DNA of 64,000 nucleotides from an uncultured Gammaproteobacteria bacterium (GTDB taxonomy: Bacteria; Patescibacteriota; Patescibacteriia; Veblenbacterales; UBA10138), in the NCBI GenBank assembly GCA_964348825.1, contig CAYGDX010000001.1:239463-303462 (forward strand), in the 5' to 3' direction. Positions 21,101 through 29,902 of this stretch are shown piece after piece (position 1 is the first letter of the stretch; each line of letters starts with the position of its first letter). The notes beneath the pieces are model-generated. The model ran no database searches, was not told the DNA's origin, and saw only the letters and a program-made list of their open reading frames with translations. The translations under genes were made by a program, and so were the position numbers.

Positions 21101-24100
21101 ACACCAGTCGTAACTTTTGGTGATGGCGGCAACTTAACTTTCACCGATGGCACTAATACTTTACTCACTTTAACTGACGGTGGAACAGTTGGGAATTTAA
21201 GTGTCAGTGGCGACGTTACTACTACTGGCGATGTGGCGATAAATGGTGGCAATCTAAATTTTGGTGCGGCGACTACGATTGGTGATGGCGGCGATACAAT
21301 TGCTTTTAGTTTGAAAGATAATTCAGCTGATGCTTTAGATGTTCAACAAAGTACTAACAATTACATAAACATCAACACTTCTGATGGTAATGAAAATATT
21401 GCTCTTTCTACTTTACGTCAAACTGGTGGTGATGCTATTTCATTACTTGGTGATTCAATTACGACCGGTACAGCAGTTGGTGTTTCAGCTGATGTTATAA
21501 CCACTGGTGTGGCTTTAGATATTTCTTCAATTTCAACTGTGGCTAGTTCAGCCGATTTAATTCAAGTTGATCACACTGCGACTTATGTTACAACAGTTGC
21601 TAATTCCGGTAATTTACTTGATTTATCACGCGCTTTAACTACTAACACTGGTGGCGCTTTAACTAATAGTGGCGCAGTTGCTACTATCACTTCCAATTGT
21701 ACTCAAACCGCCGGTACTTGTACTGATACCGCAAACATTTTATCACTTACTCAAAGTTATGCTTCAGCTTCGGGAGCAGTTATTAAAACTTCCAATGCTG
21801 GTACGGGTGTTGATATTGAATTAGATAATGCCGAAACAATTGATAACTCTGTCAACGGTACAATCAATCTTGGCACCACAACTTTTAAACTTACTGGCGG
21901 TACCACCATTGTGTCTGATCAAGCTACAGTGGCTTTACTTGATTCTACCACCACCACTATTAATTTTGGTTCAGCCGCCACGGCTGTTAACTTAGCTGAT
22001 GCTGCTATCACTGGCACAATTGATATTGGCGGTGTGACAGCTGATGGCGCTTCAACTATTAATATTGCGACCAACTCTACTTCATCTGATACTTTAGTCA
22101 TTGGCAACTCTAACGCTTCTACTTTAGTTACTTTAACAGGTGGTGATGATTGGTCCATTTCTAATACTGGTGTACTTACATTAGATGGTACAACTTTAGA
22201 CATCAACTCACTTGATTTTGTTGGCGCTGGTACTTTTACTTCAGGTGCGGCAACTAATTTAACTTTAACTCCCGGTACCACTGGTGACTTAGTATTTTCG
22301 ACTGACGCTGATACCACTGCTACATTTTCTGGTTCAGCTGATGGCACAGCTAATGTTATTTTAACAGCTGGTGATTTAACTCTCACTGATGGCGATCTGG
22401 CTGTATCAGCTGGTGATTTCAATGTGACTTTAGATGCTGGTGATGGTGTGACGATTACTAAGAATGCAGTGCCAACGGTTGATATATTTACCATTTCCAA
22501 TACTGGGCAAGGTATCACTACCACTGATGGTGTAGATTCACTGGCTTTAACTTACGTACAAGCTACTAATGCCGCGGCAGTAGCTGGCTCTGCTTTAGAT
22601 ATTTCTGTTACTCAATCCGGTGATGCTTCGGATACGATTCGTGGTATTAATATCAATAATATTACTGGCGGTTCTTCTACCGAAACTGCTTTATCAATTG
22701 GTTCAGGTTGGGACACTGACTTAGCTTTTGTTGATACTTCACCAACTGTAACTATTGGTGGTGGTGGCACTATCACTTTCACTGATGGTACCAACACATT
22801 GTTTAGTATTGCTGATGCCGGTACAACTGGAAATGCTACAACGACTGGCAACTTAGCAGTTAGTGGTGGCGATATTACCACTGGCGCCGCAACGTTTAAT
22901 TTCGTGGCTGGAACAACCACTCTTAATTTAGCCGGCGGTTCTGGTTCCACTGGTTGTACGGTTGATGGTTCAGGCAACCTTACTTGTACTGGTGCAATTA
23001 CGGGTTCAGCTTCTGGTGCGCAAGGTTATTGGACTAGAACTGACAATATTTTAACTGCCACCAATGCCAATGATATTTTATCATTACCTTCTAATGACGC
23101 TGATTCACCAGTACTTAATTTGGCTTCTTCCGCTATCACTGCCAATGGCACAGCTTCTTTAAATCAAGCGGTGACAGTTAGTTCATCCGCCGCCGGTGTA
23201 ACAGCTTATGGTTATAAATTAGCTCTAACTAATAATCCATCTACCAATGCCAATACTTTATATGGTGAATATATTTCTTTTACTGATGCTGGATCGCTAG
23301 CTAATACTGTAACTGGACTTTATGTTGATGCCACCACTGCTAATGCTTCGGATACTACTTATTCAGGGGTTTTTACCGGTGGTAATTTTGGTATTGGTGA
23401 TACAAGTCCAGCTGCTTTATTAACAGTTGGTAGTGGTGATTTATTTCAAGTAGATTCTTCTGGTAATGTTACGGCTGTTGATTTAGCCGTGAATGGTGGA
23501 GATATTACTGGTGCTACCACTATGAACGTCTTTAACACTTCAACCACTATTAATTTAGCCGATGCCGCTATTACTGGCACGATTGATATTGGTGGTGTAT
23601 CAACTAATGGTACAACTACAGTTAATATTGCAACTGAAGGCACCTCAGCTGATGTTATTACAATTGGCAATTCTAATGCTTCCTCAACTGTTGCGATTAC
23701 TGGCGGCAATGACTGGTCAATTGCTGCTAATGGTAATTTTGTTACCTTAGGAACTTTAACTGCTGGCTCAGGTGCGGAAGTTATTACTTTGTCAACCGGT
23801 AAAATTGATGCCGATGCTATTAGTTTAATGACTGCTACGAATGGTGTTGGCACTACTTCAACTGCCTCGGGTTTGGAAGTAGTGAGTGACAAATTATCAT
23901 TATTGCAAGGTTGTACTGATGCTTATATTTTAAAGTGGGAAGAAGATACAGATACTTGGGATTGTGCGGCAGATGCCACTGGCGGTGGAGCAGGTAGTTT
24001 GCAAGGCGCTTATGATGGTACAAATACTATTACGACTTCAGATAATCGTGACATTGCTTTTACTTTGGCCGATACCAACTTAACCAACACCACGCCAGAT

Positions 24101-27100
24101 GCTAATGATTCTGATTTTACTGTGACTACTGCTTCAGGTAGTACCAGTGAAACAAAAATTATTTTAGCTGATGGTGTTGGTACAGTATCGCCAACAGAAT
24201 TGTTATTAATTAATAACGCGGATACTTCAGGCAATACTTTGGCTAATGGTATTACCGTTAGTTCCGCTGGTTCAGCCATCACCACAGGTATTAATTTAAC
24301 TGATGCGGATTTAGTAAATGCAATTAGTGTAGATGCCAATACTATTTTAGGCACCACTGGTGATATAAATTTTACAAATTTTGATGTTACAGGTTCAAGT
24401 GGTGATGTTGTAACCGGAGGTGATGTGGCAGTGAATGGTGGAGACATTACTGGCGCCACCACTATGAATGTTTTTAATACTTCAACCCTCATTAATTTAG
24501 CCGATTCCGCAATTACTGGCACGATTGATATTGGTGGGGTAACGGCCGATGGTGCAACTACCATTAATGTGGCCACTCATTCAACTTCAGCCGATGTAAT
24601 AACAATAGGTAATTCCAATGCTTCAACTACAGTGGCGATTACTGGTGGTGATGATTGGGCAATGGCCGCCACTGGTGTACTCACTATGTCAGCTTCCGCC
24701 GCCGCTACCACTGCGATAGTTATTACTGATACTGATTATACTAACGCTTTATCTATTGGTGATAATATTATTACCGGTACAACCTATAGTTTAGTTGGCA
24801 CATCGGCAACTATTGATTTTTCCGAATTTGATGTAGCCGCCGCTACCGGCGCTATTACTATCAACGATGATGGGGATGCTGGAAATATTTCTATTGAAGG
24901 CACGGTGCTGGATATTAACTCACTTGATTTTGTCGGCGCGGGCACTTTAACTTCCGCAGCGACTACGAATTTAACTTTTACTCCTGGTACCACTGGTGAT
25001 TTAGTATTTTCCACCGATGCTGACACCACCGCCACCTTTAGTGGTTCAGCTGAAGGTACAGCTAATGTTATTTTAACGGCTGGTGATTTAACTTTGACCG
25101 ATGGTGATTTAACATTATCAGGTGGTGAAATAGCTGCGACTTCAGATGATGCCACTGGTACAAATTTTAATTTTACTACTGGCGCATTAACTTCTGGTAC
25201 AGGTTTGGCAGTGGCCACCACTGGTGCTGTGGCTACGGCTTACACTGGCGATGTGATTAATGGTAGTTTTACACAGACCGTAACATCGGGTACGCCATTT
25301 AACAATACTGGCAATGTACTTGACATTTCTCGTGCTTTAACTATTAATCAAGCAGCCGGTGATACAGTCACACAAAGTGGTGCCCTAGTTAGTTTTACTT
25401 CAACTCTAGCGGCCGGTGGTGCGGGAGGTACTTTAGCTGATTCGTCAAATATTTTAGCTTTAGCTCAAAGTTGTGGCGGCGGTTTCTCTTGTACCGGCGC
25501 AGTATTAGGTATTACCAATGCTGGTACAGGTAGCGCTATTGCAATAGGTGCTATGTCAGCAAGTAGCGCCACTACCTCAGTCGCTAGTATTGATATTGGT
25601 GCTATTACTACAACCAACATAACTACTTCTACTGGTTTGAAAATTGGAGCTTTATCTGGTACGGGTACTACTGGTTATGGAATTGATATAGCTGGTATTA
25701 CAAAAACTGGTACTACAGCTACTGCTATTAACATTGGCGCTATGTCAGGCGCTGCCACTACTAACACTGGTATAGCAATTGGCAATCTATCAGCCGGTAC
25801 CACTTCTAATGGTATTACTATCGGAACTAATTCTTCAGCAACTTCAAAAGGTATCACTATCGGAGCAATGACTGGCGCCACTACTAACACTGGTATTGAT
25901 ATTGGCAACATTAGTACTGGTACCACTTCCAAAGGTATTAACATTGGGACTTTAGCTGGCATCAATGGCGGTACTGTCACTGGCATAGCTATCAGCACTA
26001 TGTCTGGTGCCGCTACCACCACTTCGGCTACTAGTATTGATATTGGTGCTATTACTACAACCAACATAACTACTTCTACTGGTTTGAAAATTGGAGCTTT
26101 ATCTGGTACGGGTACTACTGGTTATGGAATTGATATAGCTGGTATTACAAAAACTGGTACTACAGCTACTGCTATTAACATTGGCGCTATGTCAGGCGCT
26201 GCGACAACAAATACTGGGATCGCTATTGGAAATTTATCAGCTGGTACAACTTCCAAAGGTATTACTATTGGTACTAATTCTTCAGTTACCGCCACCGGTC
26301 TAGATATTGGTGCTTTATCTGGCACCACAGCTAATATTGGGGTGAAGGTGGGAGCTATTTCAGGAGCTAGTGGCACAGGAACAGGTCTTGATATTGGAGC
26401 TTTTACTAATACTGGCGCTACTCAATATGGAGTCAATATTGGAGCTTTTTCAGGAACACATGCGGCAGGAGGAGGAACCACTGCTGGAATTAATATTGGG
26501 AATATTTCTTCAGCAGGAACTACTTCATCAAATTATGGAATTCAATTAGGAACAATGACTGGTGGTACCACTGCAAATTATCAAATTAGTACTGGTATCT
26601 TAACTTCAGCTACCACCACAACTAATGCTCAAATTAATTTAGGTGGGGTGGTCACAACCGGTGGTACTACTAATTATGGTATCAATGTGGGGGCACTCTC
26701 TGGCACTGGTACCACTAACTATGGAATAAATGTTGCTGCATTGACATCTGTTGGAACTACAAATTATGGGTTAAATGTTGGTGGCGCGACTGGAGCGGCT
26801 ACTACTAATTATGGCGTGTTTGTTGGTGCAGTAACTGGAGCTTCCACCAATATTAGTTTGGCCTTTGCCAAAGAAAATGCACATACTATTAAAGTTTTAG
26901 ATAGTACAACTGCTGATACTGTAGGCGGTGCCTTAAGTATTACTGCTGGCGCCGCGGCAAATAGTACATCTACCGCTCGAGCTGGTGGGGCTATTACCCT
27001 AACAGCTGGAGCTGGTGCGGCAAATAGTAGCGCTACTACTGGTCAAACAGCCGGTGCGGGTGGAGCACTTAATATTAATACTGGAAATGGTGGTAATGAA

Positions 27101-29863
27101 ACTGGTAATGCAGCCGTTGTTTTAAATGGTGGTGCAGGTGGCGCAATAACAATTGATTTAGGTGACGGAGGATCACCATCTGGTTTAAGTACAGCTGGCT
27201 CAACTGGTAATGGTGGTGTTGGTGGGGCATGGTCATTAACTTCTGGTGCTGGTGGGGCTGTAACTAATGTTAGCAATCTTGTTCCAACTAGAAATGGCGG
27301 TGATAGCGGATCTATAAGTTTAATTACTGCTACTGGTGGTGAAACTAGTTGTTCTGCCTGTTCACCTAACTCAGCACAAACATTTATTGGTGGAGCCGCT
27401 GGGAATATTAATCTTACTGGTGGTACGGGTGGTGCGGCATTTATGTCTTCTGACGCCGGTGGAACACAATCATATACTGGTGGAGATGGCGCTACTATTA
27501 ATATAACAGCAGGAACTGGTGGAGCCGCATCTACTACTTCTGCAGATACAAATGTTGGTGGTGCAGGTGGAGCTCTTTCTTTTTCTGCTGGTGCTGGCGG
27601 AGCCGCTACAAATGGTACTGATACTGGTGGGGCGGGTGGCGACGTCACAATAAATGCCGGTGATGCAGGCAATGGTGATGGGAATGTTGACGGCGGAGAT
27701 GTCACTATTTATGGTGGCAATGCAGATGGCAGTGGTGTTGATGGAGATGTTATCCTTGCCTATACTGGTGCGGCTGTACAAGGAAATGTTGGTATTGGTA
27801 CTAGTACAACAACAATTCAAGCTACTGCAGGTTATGCAGGTCTCCATGTTAATGGATTAGTGAGAATTATAAATCCACAAGGTACAACTACCGCACCTAC
27901 TCTCGCTAACGAAGGTGAACACGCTTTTGCCACTGTTAGTGCTGTTGAACGTATGTATGTTTGGATTAATGGAGCTCGTAGATATTTTAACCGTACCGGT
28001 TCAGCTGACTTTTCAGAATTTGTTATAAAACAAGATGTTGTATCGTCTATTGTACCAGGTGATGTGGTTACTTATTTAGATTCTTCTACACCACGAGCTG
28101 GTATAATATTAGCAACTAACAATAATGGTGGGCGTGTGATGGGTGTGGTTTCAGCTGGTGGTACCCGTTATAATGATGATGAAGGTGAGGGTTTGCGTGG
28201 TGATGATCCAAATTACGCCAACGTTGGTATGCTTGGTCACGTGCCAGTGAAAGTCAATTTAGGAAATGGCCCGATTGTGCCAGGTGATTATTTGGTGCCA
28301 TCATCAACTGCTGGTGTGGCAATGAAATCGCCTAACGAAGCTGGGGTAATGATTGGTTTTGCTATGGAGAGTTACGATGGTAGCGATGCTGATGGTCAAA
28401 TTATGATGTTTGTAAGCCCTGGTTTCTATGATCCAAATGCTAATACATATTTCTCTAAATCTGGTGGTGAAGTATTAGGTAGTATGAAAGTTGTATCTTC
28501 TGGTACGCCGATGGAAATTAATTTAACTGGCTCCACCGATATAAATGCAGTGCGGAATATTTTTGAGGCGAAGTTAAATGGTGAAATGAAATTTCAGATT
28601 TTGGAGACGGGTGATGCAACATTATCTGGTAAGTTGAATGCGGGTTCACTCAAAACAATTGCGCAAGCCGAAATTGGTGGTGATTTGGAATTGTCTGGCG
28701 ATTTCAAAGTTGGTGGTTTAGTACGCTTGGATAGAAATGGTAATTTGAAAAATATTACATCTGTTCAGGTTGTCTCAAGCGTGAATGCGGATGGTAGTAT
28801 CACGCTTGGAACTATTCCATCGACATCAGTTGGTTCGTCTGTATCTATCGCGCAAACTTCCGCTGATCCTATTTCCGCTACACGCGCGGCGTTGGCTTTA
28901 TCTTCGGCTGGTACATCGGCATCTGATTATCTTATTTATTCAGAGCCATTCCAAGTTACTTATGATGGCCGGGTGAAGAGTAAGAGTTTGGAGGTTAAAG
29001 AAAGTGTGTTAGTTGGTGGTGATAATGTTACTTCAGGTAATTTGATTTCGGGTAAAGTAGGGGATAGTTTTAGTGGATTGCTCGTGAAGTTTACAAACAG
29101 TTCAGGTAAATCATTATTCTCAATTGATGGCAGTGGGTTACTGGTGGTGGATGCAGTTAAAACTCGCGCGATTGTGATTGATAATACTGACCAGCCGCGC
29201 GCCACAATTGGTAGTGCGGTGGTACCAGCACAAAGTTTGGTGATCACAGTGACTGCGCCTGAAGTGCGACCTGGTATGAAAATTTTCATCACACCTAAAA
29301 TTGCTATTTCACAATCACTGGCTGTAACAAATATTGAGCAGGGGAGTTTCACAGTTTCCTTGGCTCATCGTTCGGCTTCGGATGTGCCATTTGATTGGTG
29401 GTTGGTTGACGTGACTAATCCATCATTTACAGCTTCATCACAAGTAGTTGATTCTGGTAATGGTGGAAATAGTAATGAGCAGGGGAATGGAGGCAATAGT
29501 GTGTTGCCAACAGATAACACCCAACCGACAACCAACAACACTGTTGAGCCAGTAGCAAGTAATGAGCCAGTAGTTGATTCAACTCAACCAGTGGCGAGTG
29601 GTACGCCAGTTGCGCCAACTACAGTTCAGCCAACTGCTAGTGTTGAGCCAACCTCAACTGAATCACAGCCCGTTGCTTCTACTACCACCGAACCAGCGCC
29701 AACCACTGCTCCCATCACCGTTACCGATTCAACCCCAGTCGCTTCGGTCAGCACACCAAGCGCACCAGAACCAACCCCAAATTCAACTTCAACCACTACT
29801 ACCACCACCGAACCAATTGTAAACAACACTCCCACTGTCCAAGCCAGCATAGTAGCGGAATAA
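12158..29863 (+). CDS. Giant (5,901 aa) repetitive surface protein, built from an N-terminal cytoplasmic excisionase-type HTH (about aa 20-75), a K/E/P/V-rich linker, one TM helix (about aa 212-232), about 5,500 aa of Thr/Gly/Ala/Ser/Asn-rich tail-fibre-like repeats, and a C-terminal Pro/Thr/Ser-rich low-complexity tail
   Basis: A single 17,706-nt open frame. The HTH segment LISLAEAAKLTPYSQEYISLLARRGKLLAWKKGRNWCTTREAVQSYL matches the HTH_17 pattern. The TM segment is HWFYLALFLIAVPVIIFSLT. Recurring unit-ending motifs are AI-x-IGSGWD/AINIGTGYD, LTLTDGDLAVSAGDFNV and LNADAIDG..SEQF. About 16-aa IG/SG solenoid-like repeats occur at aa 4450-4800, Gly-rich GGAGG repeats at aa 4960-5200, and GNVGIGTSTT..LHVNG near the C-terminus. 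Confidence 0.85.
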   Translation: MNPVEPGSVVKSTSQDNLISTPSDQELISLAEAAKLTPYSQEYISLLARRGKLLAWKKGRNWCTTREAVQSYLDKQTKDAAEKLERHQVVLESSKPEIKEVKPGIILSPEQLLPVAEIKVATPIVSEIKVSPEIKPEVPVVIPVEKVATAESSAVLAAREIANVLGETLGARFDSIKQELKQVNEQVSRSVPAYATPVPSAVVVKQNKIKSHWFYLALFLIAVPVIIFSLTQGLAEDAPGKLLASLKNAWTLDGHRAGTEANEVLILNEAGNISIKGHIETQGQLRSYARDGIAPIVVDSTTKIEKLNADAIDGYSSEQFNLAFITKQGNVTSDDVYLKGKVEVGQILEVKGATKLLDELLVGGGLGVWGKSFFHNDVAVDGKVDVSKSLAVKKDITAGGNVVAQNKVVAEKGLETGGDIVTNNNDIFLGSGTIIKEGKELIKNLNAEYWNGQAASDFNLDMITDNGAVTDNQITVGGINSTGTSRFTGRTELLGETVIGNLESLTVNGKTNLRNTDVSGTLAVAGHGLFSSLGVAGSAGVINLSSKEFSTTNASIGGSSSNTLAVAASSTFSGPISASNSVSLTSATPAISTSAGDLVLQSKGATTTANVQIGVGGDGSTTPDLLVLDVKSDATDPTGTDGAMYYNTSTDKFRCYENAAWTDCVGAGGGGGSTLQAAYVSGNTISTTTDDGDLAVTLADTTTDRNFTVTIADGATGTVSISRADGAGTSDPSQLLLLDNLDTNRSIADGLKIQSAAGLIVDGIDVSDAELTNALNVGDNIIAGTTAEINFSNFDLATSGNIQVAAGVGLDTNGAGSLTLGVSNATTIDIAGGSSSTGCTITNATGSLVCSGINSTPVGATSPSTGAFTTLSSTGATTLGNNSSTVAVDTTSWDISSAGAISGLTGLTVASGTVSLPNGQIDNSELANSTITFAGDTGSSTTALGATRTIAGGGGLTSADNSSGTLTLAVGAGTGITVNADDLAVNQSTAFAWTGQQSWTATVTATGALGDFNPTLGNDTDVDTVAGIQIDATSAATGDADNFYGLNITLASADATVNERAIEIGSGWDSALSVGGSSIINGSGVLQSAGLSGTYSNALTLSSATNSITAGTLIVGADTVTDLTGTGLQVVANALQATLGTDITSSEIADDSIMNVDINSAAAIAFSKLAALTSGNILVGNGSNVATSVAMSGDVLISNAGLTTIQPDAVVLATDTSGSYIATIAGSTQVGVSGSGLENAAVSLSINNDSIGDTQLAFDTGQTLTTTATPQFARLGVGVAADATNILTATSTSTTDLSKVLNISHTGAITGTGYASYFSKTGASTTNVGLYSTASGASNNYAAVFEAGNVGIGDTTPSSKLEIGDGTDSLQISTVGDLTFVDADGAASITGPAGGALTIASGASQALTLTGNAASIWDIGANVLSLQTTNNGAITTGTGLLTSGGNITFSGTSARTITGPNTGAAAALTLTTTGNGSGLKLTSAAGASGNSGAITLQSGDTATSGTSGAITIDSGAGVTANGVITIGTTNAPTTTIGGCTFDRVAGSMSCSGAVGGGTGTQGYWNRSGTTLSPATAGDSVSTSGAISTTGTGAVTSAGTLTASADFTANGNVQLGDNTADTLTIYPTAWTATPTISGLITATSGITSNGTATFNTNTNFTLAGAENVSLTNTTASADQLSLAVSGVTTDAVDGLAIAFTQADDADAADTNAALNISLTSSSTDADTLYGINLSNITAGTANEYAINIGTGYDRGINLGANSIVGSTGIIDYTNFDVDASGNVTVAGDLAVNGGNVNFGATTTIGDGGDALTIDSNGTLTISDATVTGSGALTVTPAAASALTLGTTGVGNTTSITLATDSTGDAEVVLPTGSVSGTEILDDTVVLTTDTAGDYVASITAGGGLTGTTSGEGSTPTLAVGAGTGITVNADDVAINQDTSFTWTNSHAFTLAGAENVSLTNTTASADQLSLAVSGVTTDAVDGLAIAFTQADDADAADTNAALNISLTSSSTDADTLYGINLSNITAGTANEYAINIGTGYDRGINLGANSIVGSTGIIDYTNFDVDASGNVDALGTLTAGSANEVLTLSTGKIDADAITLAASGTTGSTSSRSGLQTSSDGLTLLMGCADGQLLEWTDASGWACAADDTGSSGASVEEGDSAAVAALSVLDFLAADFVVSESPANEANVSIDYPNSGITRKAQAETISGGWTFNTAATTFTTAINANGGITTTTADQNLAFSANGGGDFVFNVDSGTFVSITGTADGESALTIAAGNLTLTDGDLAVSAGDFNVNLDDGDTVNIDGDATPTADLLKLGNGDTSATDDVDALQITFATSGASGNLIDLSPTFADSDAGNSAETWNAVNVNAFTVTQNDSGGAITGVVNGFNLGNLTESPTGDDAITSTAIKLGTGWDYIFDTAGFDVLGATGATTITGSGDGTDALTLTAGDILVTNGDLDLSGGDFNVILDAGDGVNITKGAAPTVDVFSINGSTSTTDGVDGLQLTFGVSAASGNVIDITPSYTDATAGATSETYNIIDVDAFTATQNATGDTGLINGLAIGALTQTETAGALTAYALNIGSGWDSVLRVNGTEVVDASGNVPVARINGTLFTVQGDNAAGRAITQGNTLTIAGGTNLTSVDADTDTVTINLDDSITLAGDLTVQGQNVNFDNATDIDIDDNTASSFTISEGANNYFLITTTNDSEVVTLNLPAGGATSLTGNLFTSDIVKTINIGTGTAADTINLGTGTTNPDAINIGTTDTVAHVIRIGDNTGASSSDIAIADAQWSITTAGLITTADNLAVNGGDITTTATDPNIFNTGTISTIDIGATVTGNITFSNGSGSSGCTIDGSGNLACAGTITGSTSGAQGYWTRTSTTLSPTNAGDSIDMPSGTGVFTQTYAPAGTTVAATGATFIPTFGVHADNQTLVGVAINPVTNSNDDTGDILNALSIGTINATLASERAIYIGTSYDTDLVFGDTTPVVTFGDGGNLTFTDGTNTLLTLTDGGTVGNLSVSGDVTTTGDVAINGGNLNFGAATTIGDGGDTIAFSLKDNSADALDVQQSTNNYININTSDGNENIALSTLRQTGGDAISLLGDSITTGTAVGVSADVITTGVALDISSISTVASSADLIQVDHTATYVTTVANSGNLLDLSRALTTNTGGALTNSGAVATITSNCTQTAGTCTDTANILSLTQSYASASGAVIKTSNAGTGVDIELDNAETIDNSVNGTINLGTTTFKLTGGTTIVSDQATVALLDSTTTTINFGSAATAVNLADAAITGTIDIGGVTADGASTINIATNSTSSDTLVIGNSNASTLVTLTGGDDWSISNTGVLTLDGTTLDINSLDFVGAGTFTSGAATNLTLTPGTTGDLVFSTDADTTATFSGSADGTANVILTAGDLTLTDGDLAVSAGDFNVTLDAGDGVTITKNAVPTVDIFTISNTGQGITTTDGVDSLALTYVQATNAAAVAGSALDISVTQSGDASDTIRGININNITGGSSTETALSIGSGWDTDLAFVDTSPTVTIGGGGTITFTDGTNTLFSIADAGTTGNATTTGNLAVSGGDITTGAATFNFVAGTTTLNLAGGSGSTGCTVDGSGNLTCTGAITGSASGAQGYWTRTDNILTATNANDILSLPSNDADSPVLNLASSAITANGTASLNQAVTVSSSAAGVTAYGYKLALTNNPSTNANTLYGEYISFTDAGSLANTVTGLYVDATTANASDTTYSGVFTGGNFGIGDTSPAALLTVGSGDLFQVDSSGNVTAVDLAVNGGDITGATTMNVFNTSTTINLADAAITGTIDIGGVSTNGTTTVNIATEGTSADVITIGNSNASSTVAITGGNDWSIAANGNFVTLGTLTAGSGAEVITLSTGKIDADAISLMTATNGVGTTSTASGLEVVSDKLSLLQGCTDAYILKWEEDTDTWDCAADATGGGAGSLQGAYDGTNTITTSDNRDIAFTLADTNLTNTTPDANDSDFTVTTASGSTSETKIILADGVGTVSPTELLLINNADTSGNTLANGITVSSAGSAITTGINLTDADLVNAISVDANTILGTTGDINFTNFDVTGSSGDVVTGGDVAVNGGDITGATTMNVFNTSTLINLADSAITGTIDIGGVTADGATTINVATHSTSADVITIGNSNASTTVAITGGDDWAMAATGVLTMSASAAATTAIVITDTDYTNALSIGDNIITGTTYSLVGTSATIDFSEFDVAAATGAITINDDGDAGNISIEGTVLDINSLDFVGAGTLTSAATTNLTFTPGTTGDLVFSTDADTTATFSGSAEGTANVILTAGDLTLTDGDLTLSGGEIAATSDDATGTNFNFTTGALTSGTGLAVATTGAVATAYTGDVINGSFTQTVTSGTPFNNTGNVLDISRALTINQAAGDTVTQSGALVSFTSTLAAGGAGGTLADSSNILALAQSCGGGFSCTGAVLGITNAGTGSAIAIGAMSASSATTSVASIDIGAITTTNITTSTGLKIGALSGTGTTGYGIDIAGITKTGTTATAINIGAMSGAATTNTGIAIGNLSAGTTSNGITIGTNSSATSKGITIGAMTGATTNTGIDIGNISTGTTSKGINIGTLAGINGGTVTGIAISTMSGAATTTSATSIDIGAITTTNITTSTGLKIGALSGTGTTGYGIDIAGITKTGTTATAINIGAMSGAATTNTGIAIGNLSAGTTSKGITIGTNSSVTATGLDIGALSGTTANIGVKVGAISGASGTGTGLDIGAFTNTGATQYGVNIGAFSGTHAAGGGTTAGINIGNISSAGTTSSNYGIQLGTMTGGTTANYQISTGILTSATTTTNAQINLGGVVTTGGTTNYGINVGALSGTGTTNYGINVAALTSVGTTNYGLNVGGATGAATTNYGVFVGAVTGASTNISLAFAKENAHTIKVLDSTTADTVGGALSITAGAAANSTSTARAGGAITLTAGAGAANSSATTGQTAGAGGALNINTGNGGNETGNAAVVLNGGAGGAITIDLGDGGSPSGLSTAGSTGNGGVGGAWSLTSGAGGAVTNVSNLVPTRNGGDSGSISLITATGGETSCSACSPNSAQTFIGGAAGNINLTGGTGGAAFMSSDAGGTQSYTGGDGATINITAGTGGAASTTSADTNVGGAGGALSFSAGAGGAATNGTDTGGAGGDVTINAGDAGNGDGNVDGGDVTIYGGNADGSGVDGDVILAYTGAAVQGNVGIGTSTTTIQATAGYAGLHVNGLVRIINPQGTTTAPTLANEGEHAFATVSAVERMYVWINGARRYFNRTGSADFSEFVIKQDVVSSIVPGDVVTYLDSSTPRAGIILATNNNGGRVMGVVSAGGTRYNDDEGEGLRGDDPNYANVGMLGHVPVKVNLGNGPIVPGDYLVPSSTAGVAMKSPNEAGVMIGFAMESYDGSDADGQIMMFVSPGFYDPNANTYFSKSGGEVLGSMKVVSSGTPMEINLTGSTDINAVRNIFEAKLNGEMKFQILETGDATLSGKLNAGSLKTIAQAEIGGDLELSGDFKVGGLVRLDRNGNLKNITSVQVVSSVNADGSITLGTIPSTSVGSSVSIAQTSADPISATRAALALSSAGTSASDYLIYSEPFQVTYDGRVKSKSLEVKESVLVGGDNVTSGNLISGKVGDSFSGLLVKFTNSSGKSLFSIDGSGLLVVDAVKTRAIVIDNTDQPRATIGSAVVPAQSLVITVTAPEVRPGMKIFITPKIAISQSLAVTNIEQGSFTVSLAHRSASDVPFDWWLVDVTNPSFTASSQVVDSGNGGNSNEQGNGGNSVLPTDNTQPTTNNTVEPVASNEPVVDSTQPVASGTPVAPTTVQPTASVEPTSTESQPVASTTTEPAPTTAPITVTDSTPVASVSTPSAPEPTPNSTSTTTTTTEPIVNNTPTVQASIVAE
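17132..17503 (+). repeat. Intragenic direct repeat copy A (372 bp, apparently nucleotide-identical to 17996..18367; 864-bp period)
   Basis: The protein segment FTLAGAENVSLTNT...FDVDASGNV is duplicated exactly. The antisense ORFs 17188..17394 and 18052..18258 translate identically. Confidence 0.85.
17996..18367 (+). repeat. Intragenic direct repeat copy B
   Basis: See copy A. Confidence 0.85.
25586..25757 (+). repeat. Intragenic direct repeat (about 172 bp identical, then diverging; 447-bp period), copy A
   Basis: AGTATTGATATTGGTGCTATTACTACAACCAACATAACTACT...GCTATGTCAGGCGCTGC recurs at 26033. Confidence 0.8.
26033..26204 (+). repeat. Intragenic direct repeat, copy B
   Basis: See copy A. Confidence 0.8.
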
Positions 29864-29902
29864 ATTTTTGTTACAATTTTTATATTTATATACAATTTTA
29901 AT

